DNA from: Lytechinus pictus
Lineage: Eukaryota
Direction: 5' to 3'
DNA: 64,000 nucleotides
Assembly: GCF_037042905.1 (NCBI RefSeq)
Contig: NC_087251.1
Span: 34,102,001-34,166,000 of the forward strand
Both the position numbers and the translations under genes were made by a program. Each line of letters opens with the position of its first letter. The stretch's first letter is position 1. Positions 12,787 to 25,800 of the stretch are shown piece after piece. Under the pieces are notes generated by a model that had not been told where the DNA came from, did no database searches, and saw only the letters and a program-made list of their open reading frames with translations.

Positions 12787-13060
12787 GGGGCATTGTGGTC
12801 TAGTGGTTATTACTCTCGTCTTTCAATGTGAGGGACGTGGGTTCGATTCCCAGTCATGGCATGTTTTCCTTCAGCAAGAAATTTACCCACATTGTGCTGC
12901 ACTCAACCTAAGTGAGGTGAATGGGTACCTGGTAGGAAGAAATTCCTTGAATGCTTTAGTTCCTGTATGGCAGCACAGCTAAAGCAGGGCTAATAATAGC
13001 AGCGCTTTGTATCCTCGGGCAAAAAGCGCATTAATAAATCCTGCTAGTATTATTATTATA
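12787..13060 (+). mobile_element. Intact tRNA-derived SINE (SINE2) with L2-like 3' tail
   Basis: A box TGGTCTAGTGG, B box GGTTCGATTCC, central gaggtgaatgggtacc, tail ending in (tat)n. Homologous to 2658-2688 plus 8006-8250. Confidence 0.9.
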
Positions 13061-13858
13061 TGAATGTTCCTGAGGTAGCCTAGTAGCTATTAGAAGGAAA
13101 GACATTAGTCAAACTCAAAGAGTTTAGCTATCATATGACTCAACCCATTTAAAATGTTCATGGCTGTGTAGGACACAAATCACAAATATTTGGGGTATAT
13201 TATTAAATTATTGAGAAGGCTGATTGCAAGAGTGTTTACAGGTAGCAGAGATGATATTCCTATCAGGACATCAAATTTATTCACAAGTTTGATATGGCCA
13301 TTCACTTCATTTTATTGACCTTTGGGGTACACTTACTAAATAAATACCTAATTATGAGTAATTTTCGAAAAAAATTATTCAATAAGTTAAAGGCAAATAT
13401 GATCTTTGGCTATGAAATGTAATTTCATCATTAAATGTGTACGTATGATGATGTTTGCAGATATGTGGGTATAATTTGTTTATTGTCATTTTATAAATTG
13501 TATAGTTAGATGGTGTATAATCATTGATTTTCTTGGACAACATTAGCATGAAATAAGTGATAGGAAACCCCTGTCTTTACATGCATGGCTATGGTAGGTG
13601 CATGTGTCATGTATGTTATGTTTTAAAAATACAGTATTAAAAACAAATAGTCAAGTAGTAAAACATAATATAATTCATAAAACCACATTAGACATACATG
13701 TATATAAATACAGGTAGCTTTGTGTAGACTATATGTACTTAAAGAGTACAGGTTCAAGAAAATGGGAGTAACAGAACAAAAATGTGTTTTTTTTATGATT
13801 CTCAAACAATTATTCAACATACATCTCCAGCTGTGGACTAATGATAGAGCATAGATTT

Positions 13859-13989
13859 GGGAGGCATTTCATGAAACATATATTCAATGATTTTCACTGA
13901 CAAATTTTCTCTGAGCCAATCAGGTGCAAGTATTTCAGTAGCTTATATCAGTTGCAGTGAAAATCACATTTGTTTTATGAAATGCTCCC
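13859..13989. mobile_element. Short Harbinger-like MITE family A (CCAAT-bearing)
   Basis: Termini GGGAGGCATTTCATGAAAC...TTTATGAAATGCTCCC with internal agccaatcag and ttcagtagcttata. Relatives at 40365, 47050, 52148 and 62576. Confidence 0.7.
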
Positions 13990-14305
13990 TACCTGGTTTT
14001 TACCCATGCATTGTTTATAATGTTTATTTTTGGCATTTCTGGACATATTTTTGTATGACATTTGTATGAACTGCGAAACTTGTATGGAGTTGCAATCAAA
14101 TGCAACTCCATAAATCAAATGCAACTCCATAAATCAAATGCGACTTTGCTTTTAACCAATCAAAAGCATGCATCTCAGATTTTCGCCTGATTGTTATGTT
14201 ATGCCATTGAAAATATGCAAATGATACACTGTACATACATGTATATGTTGAAAACTTGCTTAATTCTTTAAAAATATAGCGATTCGCTCACTGATCCAAA
14301 ATTAA

Positions 14306-15820
14306 AGGAGAATGAAACCTTTGGAACAAGAAAGCTTGTGTGAAAAAATCAAAGAAACAGATCAACGAAAGTTTGAGAAAAATCAGACAAATAATGAGAA
14401 AGTTATGAGCATTTGAATATTGCGATCACTAATGCTATGGAGATCCTCACATTGGCAATGCGAAAAAGATGTGTGATGTCACTTGTGAACAACTCCCATT
14501 ACTTTAGTATATATTTCACTTAAGGACGTTCCACAGTTAAAGTGAAATCCATGTCATTTTCACCAAACTTTGCACATAGATACTTTAGAACCTTAATATT
14601 CGAAATATGCAAAAATTAACATAGGTCCATGTGCTTGATTTTTTGCTATAGAACCTCAAAGTTCACCCAAATTGATGTTCTTAAGAATTGCGCATTCAAA
14701 AGAATTTGGCATTTTTAGACCGCCCAAGATTACTACAATGAGTTTAAACCTGTATTACTCAGTCAAAATACATGAAAAAGTCATCAAATTTCGCAAGAGA
14801 GTTAATAATTGTATCGTTAGAATGGAGAATATATTTATAGTGCTATTTGTTTGCAATTTTAAGTTTAACAGCACTGTCAGTTCTTAAAGATGGCGTAAAA
14901 GATAACAAAATCCCAATCTAAAAAATGTGAAATTTCAGTAAGAAACTACAAAATTACAATAAATGCTGCACTTTATTCAAAATCCATGTCATTTTCACCA
15001 AAATTTGTAGAGTTGTAGAGGAAGGTATACCTAAGAGGAACAAACATTAAAAAATAGGGGTTCATGTGCTTGTTTTTAAACTATCAGTATTTTTATTAGA
15101 GCAAATGTGCTTTTTAAAACACCAAAAATGCGCCGAATGCTTTGTATCTATGTGAAGAAAAAGTCAAAACCACTCTACCATTTATTCAAACTCGGGGTAA
15201 TATTCGTGATTCTTGGCAGCACTGCAGAGTAAAGTATTTTGAAATTGTAGAGAATCTTTTTTTTAATGGTCCATGGAATAATTCCATTTTTTAGCTTCAT
15301 GAAATAAAGCATCGGATCTGCAGTTAAAGTGCAGAAGATGAGAAAAATCAGCACATACCCGCAGCCAATCAATCACCTGTTCATCTATTGTGACGTCAGC
15401 GCGCAGAGTGTAAACTATGCGCAGATCATAATGCGCACAAACATAACTGTGGAACGTCCTTAAACTGCCTCTTTTACATCTATCAGTAGATCATGTGTTC
15501 TTTCTATATAGGAGGGCATGTAATACAGATTTCAAAGAATACATCATGGATAAAGAGTTTGTATTACCATAAGAAAAAGGAAAATGAGACATTTTGGGGG
15601 TATTTTATAGTCCATCAAAGGGAAAGTTGTTCACATGTGACATCACACATCCTTGTTGCATTGCCAATGGAGGATCTCCATGGCATTAGTGATTGCAATA
15701 TTCAAATGCTTTTTAACCTTTTTCATTATTTGTCAAATTTTTCTCAAACTTTCTTTGTCCTTATTCTTTGATTTTTCTGTTTTGACACAAGCCTACTTGT
15801 TCCAAAGGTTTCATTCCCCT
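14306..15820. mobile_element. Kolobok-like MITE (outer element) at a TTAA target
   Basis: TTAA|AGGAGAATGAAACCTTTGGAACAAG...CTTGTTCCAAAGGTTTCATTCCCC|TTAA, with ~200-bp inverted arms. Confidence 0.8.
14524..15459. mobile_element. Second Kolobok-like element nested in a TTAA of the outer MITE
   Basis: Perfect 16-bp TIR GGACGTTCCACAGTTA / TAACTGTGGAACGTCC with TTAA TSD (14520-14523 / 15460-15463). Confidence 0.85.
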
Positions 15821-16270
15821 TAACATTGTTAGTTTGGACGGCCATTCTGCACAGTTGCATTAAAAGGAAAATCTATATGTTCAAACCATCAATGTGGTGA
15901 ATCACATTGGTTTAATCATACACAACTCAAATTTCATTCACTGTACCATAAAAAGATTACCATGGATGGACATAGGGCAAGTGATGTCATGTTTATATTG
16001 TGACCATTATTCTTATTCACCCTATTTTATTGTCAGATTTCGGTTTAGAAATCACTTCTCTTTGGAATTGTCAGTGTTAATTAAAACACCACTAGGCCTA
16101 TGCTGTAATGAAAGGTAGAGTTAAAAAAAAGGATAAAAGATTACATTGATAATGAAGATCAACATAACAATAATTGAATTTGTGTGTTCTTGCAGTGTTA
16201 CAATTCATTGTTTCAAAATTATTTGTACCATAGACAATTGCTTATAAGACTGAAGACAAAGAATCAACCT

Positions 16271-16426
16271 GGGCCCCATTGCATAAAAGTTACTATGGTA
16301 ATTTTGCCATCCAGTGGTAACTTCCCTGAAATTGTTGATTCTGATTGGCTGATAAGCATCGTTGCCATGGCAGTTACCATTGGATGACAATGTTACTATA
16401 ATAGTAACTCTTATTCCACGGGGCCC
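16271..16426. mobile_element. Harbinger-like MITE family B (CCAAT-bearing)
   Basis: GGGCCCCATTGCATAAAAGTTAC...GTAACTCTTATTCCACGGGGCCC with internal tctgattggctg. Relatives at ~2250-2355 and 60989-61145. Confidence 0.7.
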
Positions 16427-17490
16427 AGTATTTTGTATTGAAATCTCAGGACTGAAAGGATTAAAGAGAATTAAACCCACTCCCAGGTTTTTTTTTAAAA
16501 AGCATACAAGCATCCTGAATCTGATCCAATTTCATATTTTCTGTAAAATGCATATATTGGCAATTTGCCTTTGTTTGTGCTTATTGTATCACTAGCATGC
16601 TTTATCAAGTAGGATATTTTTTTAGGGGGGATGTAAACCCCCTATGTGGTTTATAAACCTCTTATGACATGAAGCTTTCGCAATTTTGTCCAATTTATAC
16701 ACTGATAAATTAATTTGTTGAAATTAACACCTTGGTATACAATGAACAGCAACCCAGTATTAATATTAGACATGTGGATGCATACATGCAGATTTTTACC
16801 TATCATGTAGATTTGAAATATGTAGTGTTAGTTGCATAGTACTAGATGTGATTGTTAACCTATAAATTTTCAGGTATGTTAACCCAGATGACACTGCCTA
16901 GTCTTGCACACAAACTATTTATCCATTGTCAAAATGACTTAGGCCTCATTTTGGGGACAAAATAAAATTTACTATCACAGATTTGTATACATTCCTTGTT
17001 TCCATGTGTTTTCCTTTGTATTAATTATTTGCATAGAGTGATGAATTTACATGTACATGTATTTGAATTGTTAAATGCCTACTTGATCTTGAATGGGTGA
17101 TTTCCAGTTCAGTGTTGGTGTTTGATAGGCAAATCAAACACCATCCACACTATTTTGTACCACTAAGTTTTTTTTAAGAATTAGGTGACAACAAACTGCA
17201 AATTATTAAGAGAGAGGGAATGAGGAGAGAGAGAGAGGGAGGGGGGGATGAGAGAGATCAAGTGAAGGGGGAGAGATACGGAGGGAGAGATAAAAGTGGC
17301 AACTTGTTGGCCCAAAGTAAAGGTTTTTAATCGGTGGTCCGATCTGTTGTTTATACCATGGAGATTTACATCCCATGATTTCAGGCATTATAATATGCCT
17401 GAAATACCACTTGTTACTTTGTTACAAAAGTGATTGAACTGAATTCTAGCTTTCTTAAGGCCTAACAAACTTTCAATAAACCAAGATTAA

Positions 17491-18243
17491 CCCTAAAGAG
17501 CCGGGTTATTTGGACCCATCTCACAGCCGGGGAGGGGCGGATTCTGCCCCCCCCTGAGATCTCGGCCTTCGATTGCGCGAGCGCCGCGAAAATTTGCACA
17601 GTGGTAGTGTGCGATATAGTCTACAAGGTTGTGTGGTTTATTTTTTTTTAATAATAAGATTCTTCATTTAATGAATTGATTATGCTAATATATTCATGAA
17701 ATGAAATATTTGCTCTAATCAACTATTATACTGCCTCAAAACTGCTAATTTTTTATTCACAGACTCTTTGTAGGATCCCGATCAAATGTACTAAAAAAAA
17801 ATTTGGTATTGCAATTTTTTTCTTATGTATTTTATTGTTTTTTTTAAATTTCTTATGTATTTCTTTGTTTTTTTACTTTTTGTTTTTATTGTTTTTTCGA
17901 TGGAAATTGTTGCAGACTTAATTTTGATCATAAGACAAAATTAATTAAATTTAATCAGTCAAAGTAGAAATAATGATACATTTATGAATTTTGGCTAAAT
18001 ACACAATTTGCTTTGGATTTGTACATGAATTCACATTTTTGAGCAGTTTTGGGTCCGACATGCACTTACATAATGTTACGTGATTTCGTAATCGCGTACC
18101 CGGGCATCGTAAATTTGATCTCAAAAGTTGCGCGAGATTTGAAAGTAATAAGTCAGCGAGTGGCGCAGTTGAAAAATTTCCAGCGGCGGATTTATCGTGA
18201 AAAATGTAGAGGGGGCGAATTCTGCCCCCCAGGCCTTTTAGGG
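17491..18243. mobile_element. piggyBac-like non-autonomous element
   Basis: TTAA|CCCTAAAGAGCCGGG...CCCAGGCCTTTTAGGG|TTAA, with subterminal GGGGCGGATTCTGCCCCC motifs at both ends. Confidence 0.85.
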
Positions 18244-19031
18244 TTAAAGACCAGTTCAGTGCACAAATGAATTAGCTTAAAAAATAAAACTGATCATACA
18301 TAACAAAGTGAGCATAATGTCATTAAATGAGCTATTTTATTAAAATATGTCATGATATATACATGTATATATACACAATTCTTTTTCAAGGGACTGACAG
18401 GACTGGAAGCCATTCCATGTTTCATAAGTTCAATCATGAGCCCCCCCCCCCCCTTCCAGTTGACACAACATATGCTCCTGCAACATTTGTTTCAGTCTTA
18501 ATATCTTAGAGGGCATAGGTTTAAAAGTTAGGATTGCAATAGAGTTTTGGTCCGGAATAATGTTAAGATAATGATCAGGGTTTATTTAGTTTTTGAGGTT
18601 AGGTTTTATGTATGGTGTAACATGCACATTTTACAAGGAGTAAAATGGGCAAGCCACTATAAGTACATGTACAGGGTATAAACAAAATAAATACGAAAGT
18701 ACTGCTCATTTTAACCTCCAAATGCTAAGAGATCATTGTCCCTCCAATATGCATGATGAACCCAAATTGCAGTTGACCCCCGAAACAGCTCTCCCCTTCT
18801 GAGGAGAACAAGGCAACTTAATACATACGTCAGTATCCTTTGACTTCACCTCATGATCCCCCCCTCTCCAAAATAAAAGCTGATTTGATCATTAAGAAAT
18901 TACATTATCCCTCCAAGATGAACCAAGTTAACCTCTCAAATGATTTCTTAGTTCTTGCAGTAGAGGCAAGAAAATACTTGATTTGATATGTGTTGGTCCC
19001 ATTTTTTTCCAATAGCTACATCAGCATGCTA

Positions 19032-20547
19032 CTATTCCATAGATGATTCCTCTGGTGTCCACTTTTCGTAATCATCCAATTCCTCATTGTCTGTCCTTGA
19101 TGCGAACCTATCACTTCTACCTGAATTTCCTTGTTCTTCTATTCTGTGTCCTTCATCAGCATCGGCTGCGTCCTCATCATCAAAGTATTTCTCTTCCTCG
19201 TCCCACGCACGGATCGCGAGGGAATCGTACTCCTCATTGTTATCAACTGCTGCGTAATCAAAGTCTTGATCGCCTCCACTGAGGAACCTCTCTCTCATTA
19301 GGTTCTGGAACTCTTCTCTCAAGAGATGCTTCTCTGCTTCTGTGGCAGGAGTTGGCTGACGAGGGCTAAAGACTGCACCATCTTGATCCTCATCATCCAT
19401 CATTTCGTCATCCTCTTCTTCATCCTCATCATCTTCTTTCCCGACAGAATTTTGTGAGGGTTGAGCCAGGGCGGTGGACTGACCTGAACATAATAAAGAT
19501 AAATGAGTGTTTCAATTCAAACTTAGTATAAAAGTATTATTATATCTTTATAAGTGAAGGAAAACAAAACCAGATTACTTATGTTCAATTAGGACTTGTT
19601 CATTTTGAACATGATAGTTCTTAAGATGGTCATGATTTGATATTTGCTGCAGCTCCACAGAAATGAAACACATTTGACAATCAACAAATTACATAAATTA
19701 CCAATTAATACTGAAGAAACATATGAAGAACAAAGTGATTATCTTAATATTGATACATTCATCAAGTATTAGCATGATTTTCTTTGTTTTTGCTAGCCAA
19801 TGAATATCTTTACAATTTACCAATATCTGGAAGTAAGAGATCACCTTTTTTATCTCCATCAATCTCGTCATCATCATCATCATCTTCTTCTTCTTCTTCT
19901 TCTGCCTCTTCTTCTTTATCTTGTTGTCTCTTATACAATTCTTTTGTTTCCTGGTCCTGCATGAATGTCATGAGGATTGTTGAAAACTTTAAGTCCGTCA
20001 TGTCAACCTTTGTTCTGGTTTCTGCACGCTCTTCGTCTGTCAAGTACTGTCCAATGAGCTGTTCATACATCAGAGGCTCCCTCGCTCTCATCTCATCATC
20101 GCTGAAATAAGTCCCCTCCTTCTCCAGCTTCTTTAGTGCTTCATACCGTCGGTTTTTCACTACCACAGAGTTATTTCCAGTACTAAGTCTCCTCTTAGTC
20201 ATCTTGAGATAAAACGACACCTCGTACACATCGGAGGAAGGTTCGAAACACACAAGGTCGTCTTCACACAGGTAAGGGTGGAACTTTTCAATGAATACTG
20301 CAGGAGAGTGATGGAACTGTTCAGAGAGGATTTTTACCCTTTCACTTAATGACAGGTCTACATCGTCTCGTTGCAGGTTTTTGATGTGGGCATTGCTGAG
20401 CGCAATGTTCTCAAACATTCGTTGCTGTGCGTTCAAAAGTTCGTCTGTAGTGTCTATTTGTGGAGCAGATATCAATTCTATATTTTCTGGAGCTTGGATG
20501 CTTTCCGTATTGGGCTTGGGTAAATCTACCGGAGACTGCATCATCAT
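19032..20547 (-). CDS. CCDC97: Coiled-coil domain-containing protein 97 (DUF2052 family), two coding exons: 20547-19821 and 19483-19032
   Basis: Family motifs VKNRRYEAL..L..EGTYFSDDEMRAREPLMYEQLIGQYL and LREEF..LMRERFLSGGDQDFDYAAVDNNEEYD...DEEEKYFD. A GT-AG intron at 19484-19820 joins in frame (PDIG/QST). Acceptor at 20554-20555; TAG stop at 19032-19034. Confidence 0.9.
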
Positions 20548-21007
20548 GCATACCTTCAATATAAAAATACAAACACAAACATTTATTTCACTCACTCAAA
20601 TTTATCACTCAATTATGTAAGCAATATATCAACTTTGGTTTCATCGACCATCAATTATAGTTTATATACATTCTTTTTTTTATTTACTGAACACCTTTCA
20701 CATATTCAATGATATCAAATACAATTCAGACAAGCCAAGTCTCATATATTTAGGAGCAGGAGACTACATTACGAACTCTTGCTCATCCCTCCAAATCTCC
20801 TTCTTACAACTGTGTCACAGCCTATCCTCAATATAGTCTACAATACACATAATGCCTGGAGATATCCCTGCCTAAATTACACAGTATCGCTCCGAAGCTG
20901 GTCTTTTTTTAACTTTGCATCTCTGACAGCATTCAAATTCATTTAAATTCCATCACAAATAAATAAATCGGCACATAGATTTATGCTATGCCTATGACTA
21001 AATATTC

Positions 21008-21388
21008 ATAAGGGTTGGGTGTCCGGACACTTATTATTAAAGCCTCCTCTTTTCTCTGTAGATGAAACATAAACAATGAATTGAAAAATTGTAGACAGCT
21101 AATCCTCGATCATCAGCCTATGTTCTCTTTAATTAGAACACTTTGTATACCCAGTTGTTGTGTGTCCGGACAGGTTGTGTGTCCGGACGATCAATTTTAG
21201 AAAGTCATTTGGAAAAAATTACAAGCGAAATTTCATCAATTTTTAGTACAAAATGTTAGGAAATATTATAGAGAACAAAATAGAAGATGATTACAACTAT
21301 TGAATTCGTATTTTTAGTGTAATCCAAAGACAAAAAAGAAGGCTTCAAAAATATAAAGTGTCCGGACACCCGATCCCCCATCCTACTA
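21008..21388. mobile_element. MITE with TGTCCGGACA repeats (possibly hAT-like)
   Basis: gggtgtccggacactt near 21017 is inverted with aagtgtccggacaccc near 21356; further internal gtgtccggac copies. Confidence 0.55.
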
Positions 21389-21709
21389 AATGAATTTTAT
21401 TTTTATCTGCTTGCAAAATTTTTAAATGACTGTTTGAAATTTATTGTTCGAATACACGACCCACAACACCTGGGTACAGATCTAGTCTTATAAGTTATAG
21501 GAATAGATCTAATACTTAGGATACACAAGTTACAAGTTCAATCTTATAACATCATGAACATAAGACATTGCATGCCTTTATTTATTTGTTCCTGGACCTG
21601 GATGAGTGTCCAGATTTAAAATTTCCAAAGAATACTCATAAATTGTTTGTCAAAGCAGTCAAACAATATTCCAAAGCAAACATTGATATTATTTAAGTAA
21701 AGAATGACG

Positions 21710-22260
21710 CCCGGGGGGGCCACTTCCATTCACGAGTGGATACCATGCGCGACCATGGGGTCTCGAAAAGCACCCTAAACACGTAATTTCCATATTCTGA
21801 AAATGCACCCCTTAACAAGTATTGGCGCGTGAAACCCTACCCTTAACAAGTATTGGAAACAAAACGATACTCTTGGCAAATATTCCCTGAAATGAACCCC
21901 TAAACAAGTACAGGAATGTTTTATTGTTACGGGTCCTTCGGTCGTCGGCTTTACCTTATTTGGTTTGGTACGACCCCACTTTCTACACCTCGCGCAAATC
22001 GGACTCTAAACACGAAGTGTTGGTGCAAAATGGACATCCTTTATAAAACATTTTAATTTTGTTTTATCATTCCCGCAAATTCGACCCTAAACACGTAATT
22101 TTCCTAGCGAAATAGACACCCTTTTTTCATTATTTTTGTGTTTTTGACACCCTTATCACGTTACGTACGTAACGTGCCCTATCGTGAAAAGGACATCCTT
22201 TTTACGTGTTTTTTTGGTCGCGCATGGTATCCACTCGTCAATGTAAGTGGCCCCCCCGGG
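21710..22260. mobile_element. MITE with CCCGGG termini and perfect 8-bp TSD, in CCDC97 intron 1
   Basis: TSD GAATGACG (21702-21709 / 22261-22268) and a ~45-bp TIR CCCGGGGGGGCCACTT.CATT.ACGAGTGGATACCATGCGCGACCA. Confidence 0.9.
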
Positions 22261-22542
22261 GAATGACGACCAAACAGGTGAGCCTAGGTTAGATTGAACG
22301 TTAGAGTTTTTAGACAAATAAAAGAGAGGTGGGAGTGCACTTTCGCACCCCACCAAAATAATGCAGTGTTTCAATACGCCAGCGCCCCAATGAAGCGGGG
22401 GTGAAGCAGCGAGAAGGTTGTACATTATTTCGTTGACCCACCGGTGAGGCGAAAGCGCACTAGACCTACCGCCGAAGAACTTATTCAAATTCAAGCTCAA
22501 TATCTTTCCAGTAAATCTACCAGTAAATTCCAATCCACTCAC

Positions 22543-22812
22543 CTTGACCTAGATTATTAAAAATAAAAAAACGGCAATGCAGCAAGCTGATATCGGTTTT
22601 GTGTTCTAGGAAAATCGTCGTTGAAACTTGAACATCAAATAAATTTACCAGCTAGTGTCGAGCCTAGCCCTAGGCCTAGTCAGCCGCGCCGAACCGGCGC
22701 GCTTAAAGCTTGTGCTGCTGATTTTGCATATCAATATCATGAAGGCGCCTTGATTTGAATTTGGAACTAGATCATAGATGAATATTCAACTTTCTGAGGA
22801 GTTCGGGAAATC
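22543..22812. promoter_or_regulatory. Bidirectional promoter region between CCDC97 non-coding exon 1 (-) and GINS1 (+)
   Basis: Minus-strand donor AAG|GTGAGT at 22543/22542 and GINS1 ATG at 22813. Locally CpG-rich, with GGCGCGC (22696), TTTGAA (~22754) and TTCGGGAAA (~22802) resembling E2F/CHR motifs. Confidence 0.6.
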
Positions 22813-22887
22813 ATGTTCGGAGAAAAGGCAATAGAACTTATCCATGAGCTTCAGAGAGCTGTCAATGGGTCGCTTGCCCCCTTTAAT
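22813..22887 (+). CDS. GINS1: GINS1 exon 1
   Basis: MFGEKAIELIHELQRAVNGSLAPFN followed by donor gtgagt. Confidence 0.95.
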
Positions 22888-25800
22888 GTGAGTATAATCG
22901 GCCTTTTGAGGGTTCTGTTTATGTTAGACGTAGATCCCAGTCCCACTAACTTATTTTTGCGTTTCTTCCTTTTCTGTATGGTTGGAACTACCCCTTATCG
23001 ACCACCTAATTTTCTAAGCATCGTATCTGCGAAAATATTTATCAGTTTTACCCAGTTTCCGTTTCATTTGTGCAGAAAATTGAGCAGATCAGATTCTCAT
23101 GTTTCGATCGGCGACTCTGATTCAATCCGCGTATATTATATATCAGCGAACAACGAATACGACGATTTTACATAAATTTGCACCTAGACCAAAAGCTTCA
23201 GTCTCTGTAATGTATTTTGGTTGTTCCACTGAACTGCGTTGGCTCCACTCACAATTATAGTAAAATGTCAGATATTGTTAAATAAATCCCCAGAAACGAT
23301 GGTTATTCCTGTCTAATTTGCACCCTTCTTTTGAAACCGACCACCCGCAATAGTTTACGGCCGATTCTTGTGGCGTTGGCGAAATATTTTGACTCTTCCA
23401 AATCAGTTCTATGATATGATGTCAACATGCTATATGATCGTCTCACTACTTCCACTGCGAGCTCCGGCACATGAATCGACGATTGACGACGGATATTTGT
23501 TCTAAAGCCGTTTCCTATCGGAAACGGGGCGGGTTCGGGTCTAGTCAAAACAATTTTGATAAATTTTTACCTTTTTCTCTCGTAAAATCTATTCTTACCG
23601 TTCCTATGGACACTGCGCCTACTCTCCCGCGCGTATCGTTTGTAATACGCAATAATTTTAATGCGCGCAAGGTGGTCGGTTTCAAAAGAGGTGGTCGATA
23701 TGTAGTGGTCTCACTATACTTGTTGAGTGATTCATTGACTTGATACATGTATGATATAATTAAATTCATATGTTACTTTACCATGTAGCTAAACAAGTAG
23801 ACACAGTAAATATTCCATCATTATGAAGGCGTTTGGCATTATACGTTGTTGTAGTCTTTCAGATTTTTTTTTCTTTCCTTTTTTTTCTTTTTTTTTTCTT
23901 TCTTTTTTTTTCTTTCTTTTTTTTTCTTTCTTTTTCTTTCTTTCTTTCCTTTCTTTCATCCATCTTTCTTTTTTTTTTTGTGATGCTGGAAAAGTTTTTT
24001 TTTCCAGGAGACGTTCATCTACAAATACAATACATGTGTAGCATCTTTATAATATTAAGTTAGACAACAGAAATCTTTTTGGAGTTTGGTCTTTAGAGGA
24101 GTTTTACACATTTTATTATGAAGCAAGACATAGTCCAGTTGAACGATAAAATGGACACTGACTCAATATTCTTCATTTTCTTCTCCTTCTCCTCCTTGTC
24201 CTCCTTCACTTCCTCCCCCTTCCCCTTCTTCTCCTTCTTCTTCTTCTTCTTCTTCTCCTCTTCCTCCTTCTTCTTCTTCTTCCCCTTCCCCTCTCTTCTA
24301 TCCTCCTCCCCCTTCTTGGTCTCCTACATGTACTCCCCCTTATCATTCTCCTCCTTCTTTGATTTTCCTATTCTTTCCCCATAGGAGAGGGTTTCCAATA
24401 TAAGTTTTGATCTCTCCTAAATCAGATATTCACCTAATTATTTGTACTAGATCTTTTTTTATAATTGTCATTGAACAGACTAAATTTGAGTTCAATTTAA
24501 ATGGTTTTCCCCTTTTTGCAGGAAGAAGGTGTTAGGCAAGTTCTTGAAGAAATGAAAGCTCTTTATGATCAAAACCAAAGCGATGTGTGAGTATTATTTT
24601 GCTGGCTTTGTACAAACATGTATATGAGACTCTTTTACAATAAAAGTGATTTCAATTTTCAACACACATGACATGAGCATCTGTCACCTAACTTTTGATG
24701 TCTGCATTCAGATTTTTATTGGTACTCAGTAAGATCTCCACTCCCCCTTTCCCCATTACCACCGTCCTGTGCATTTTGGTGTGGTTTGTCAGGGATGCAT
24801 CATACCGGCTATGCTTGTCATAATAAAAAGCAGATATGGCCTCTGGCTCTGTGCGATCCCTTGAAATTTGGAGGGGTTTAAATAATTTATACTGCTAAGT
24901 GCTAACCCGTTGTATAAAACAAATAATGTACAGTTTTCAATTTGACAGAAAAAGTAGTAGGTATAGATTCTGTCTTTCATTATGCCTTGGTGTTTGTTGC
25001 AGAGAGGCGACAGTTCAAGGAGAGAAAGACCGCCTTCCAGCTGTCCAGTTTCGTCACACATGTCTTGAAAGAAACAAGCGATGTCTCCTTGCTTACTTGT
25101 AAGTATCACTCATTCAAACATACAGTAGAGAAAATGTGGATTTGGAATTAGTACCCAATTTATTTCATGCTGGAATAGAAGACTCTGTCATCCTTTCATT
25201 GTTCATTTTTCTATAGGCCTTGGTAATGTAAACACATATGAAATTAATTGCAACATTATGAATTGAAATGTCCAAATATGAATCAAGAATGTTAAAAAGT
25301 TTGTTTAACAAGTATGGTGACTAACAGGATTTGTTTGCAAGACACTACATGACATTACAGAAGCAATGCTATATTTGACTATAATTTATAAATTTATCAA
25401 TATATACTACAAACACTCAATTTGGTAGTTAATTGCCAGTGTAAATGTAACATTTGTTTCTGTACTGATGTTCCCATTTACTAGGCACAACAGACTGTGT
25501 ATGATCCGTGATATGAGATGGGAGTTTGGAAGTGTGCTACCGGCAGAGGTCAAATACAATCTCTCAGAACAAGAGGTAATTATAAATTCAACAAAGTGTA
25601 CTTAGGATTTATCAGATTTATATTTTAGGATAGATTTGAATGTTGACACAGAGTGGTTTATAGAGGGAGACATTCTGTAGATAAGATATTTCTTTATGAT
25701 AGGTTTCTCATTTCATTCCTGTAATAATTTCCTTTTAAATTTTATGTAATCTTTTAAGCTTGCTTCCTTGGACTATTCCCACACCCCAAAGGATTTGCCT

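Noticed and set aside
12787..12860. tRNA gene
   Set aside because: A and B boxes are present, but there is no convincing acceptor stem and the sequence continues into a SINE body and (tat)n tail shared with a second copy.
295..17480. A 17-kb DESI2 3' UTR or a hidden gene between DESI2 and CCDC97
   Set aside because: No coding exons are recognised, UTR length cannot be determined from sequence alone, and several earlier AATAAA signals exist.
20548..20595. ORF-track N-terminus MSEINVCVCIFILKVC for CCDC97
   Set aside because: It runs through a polypyrimidine tract and acceptor (ttgaag at 20554-20555). The real start is more likely the ATG run at 20547-20539.
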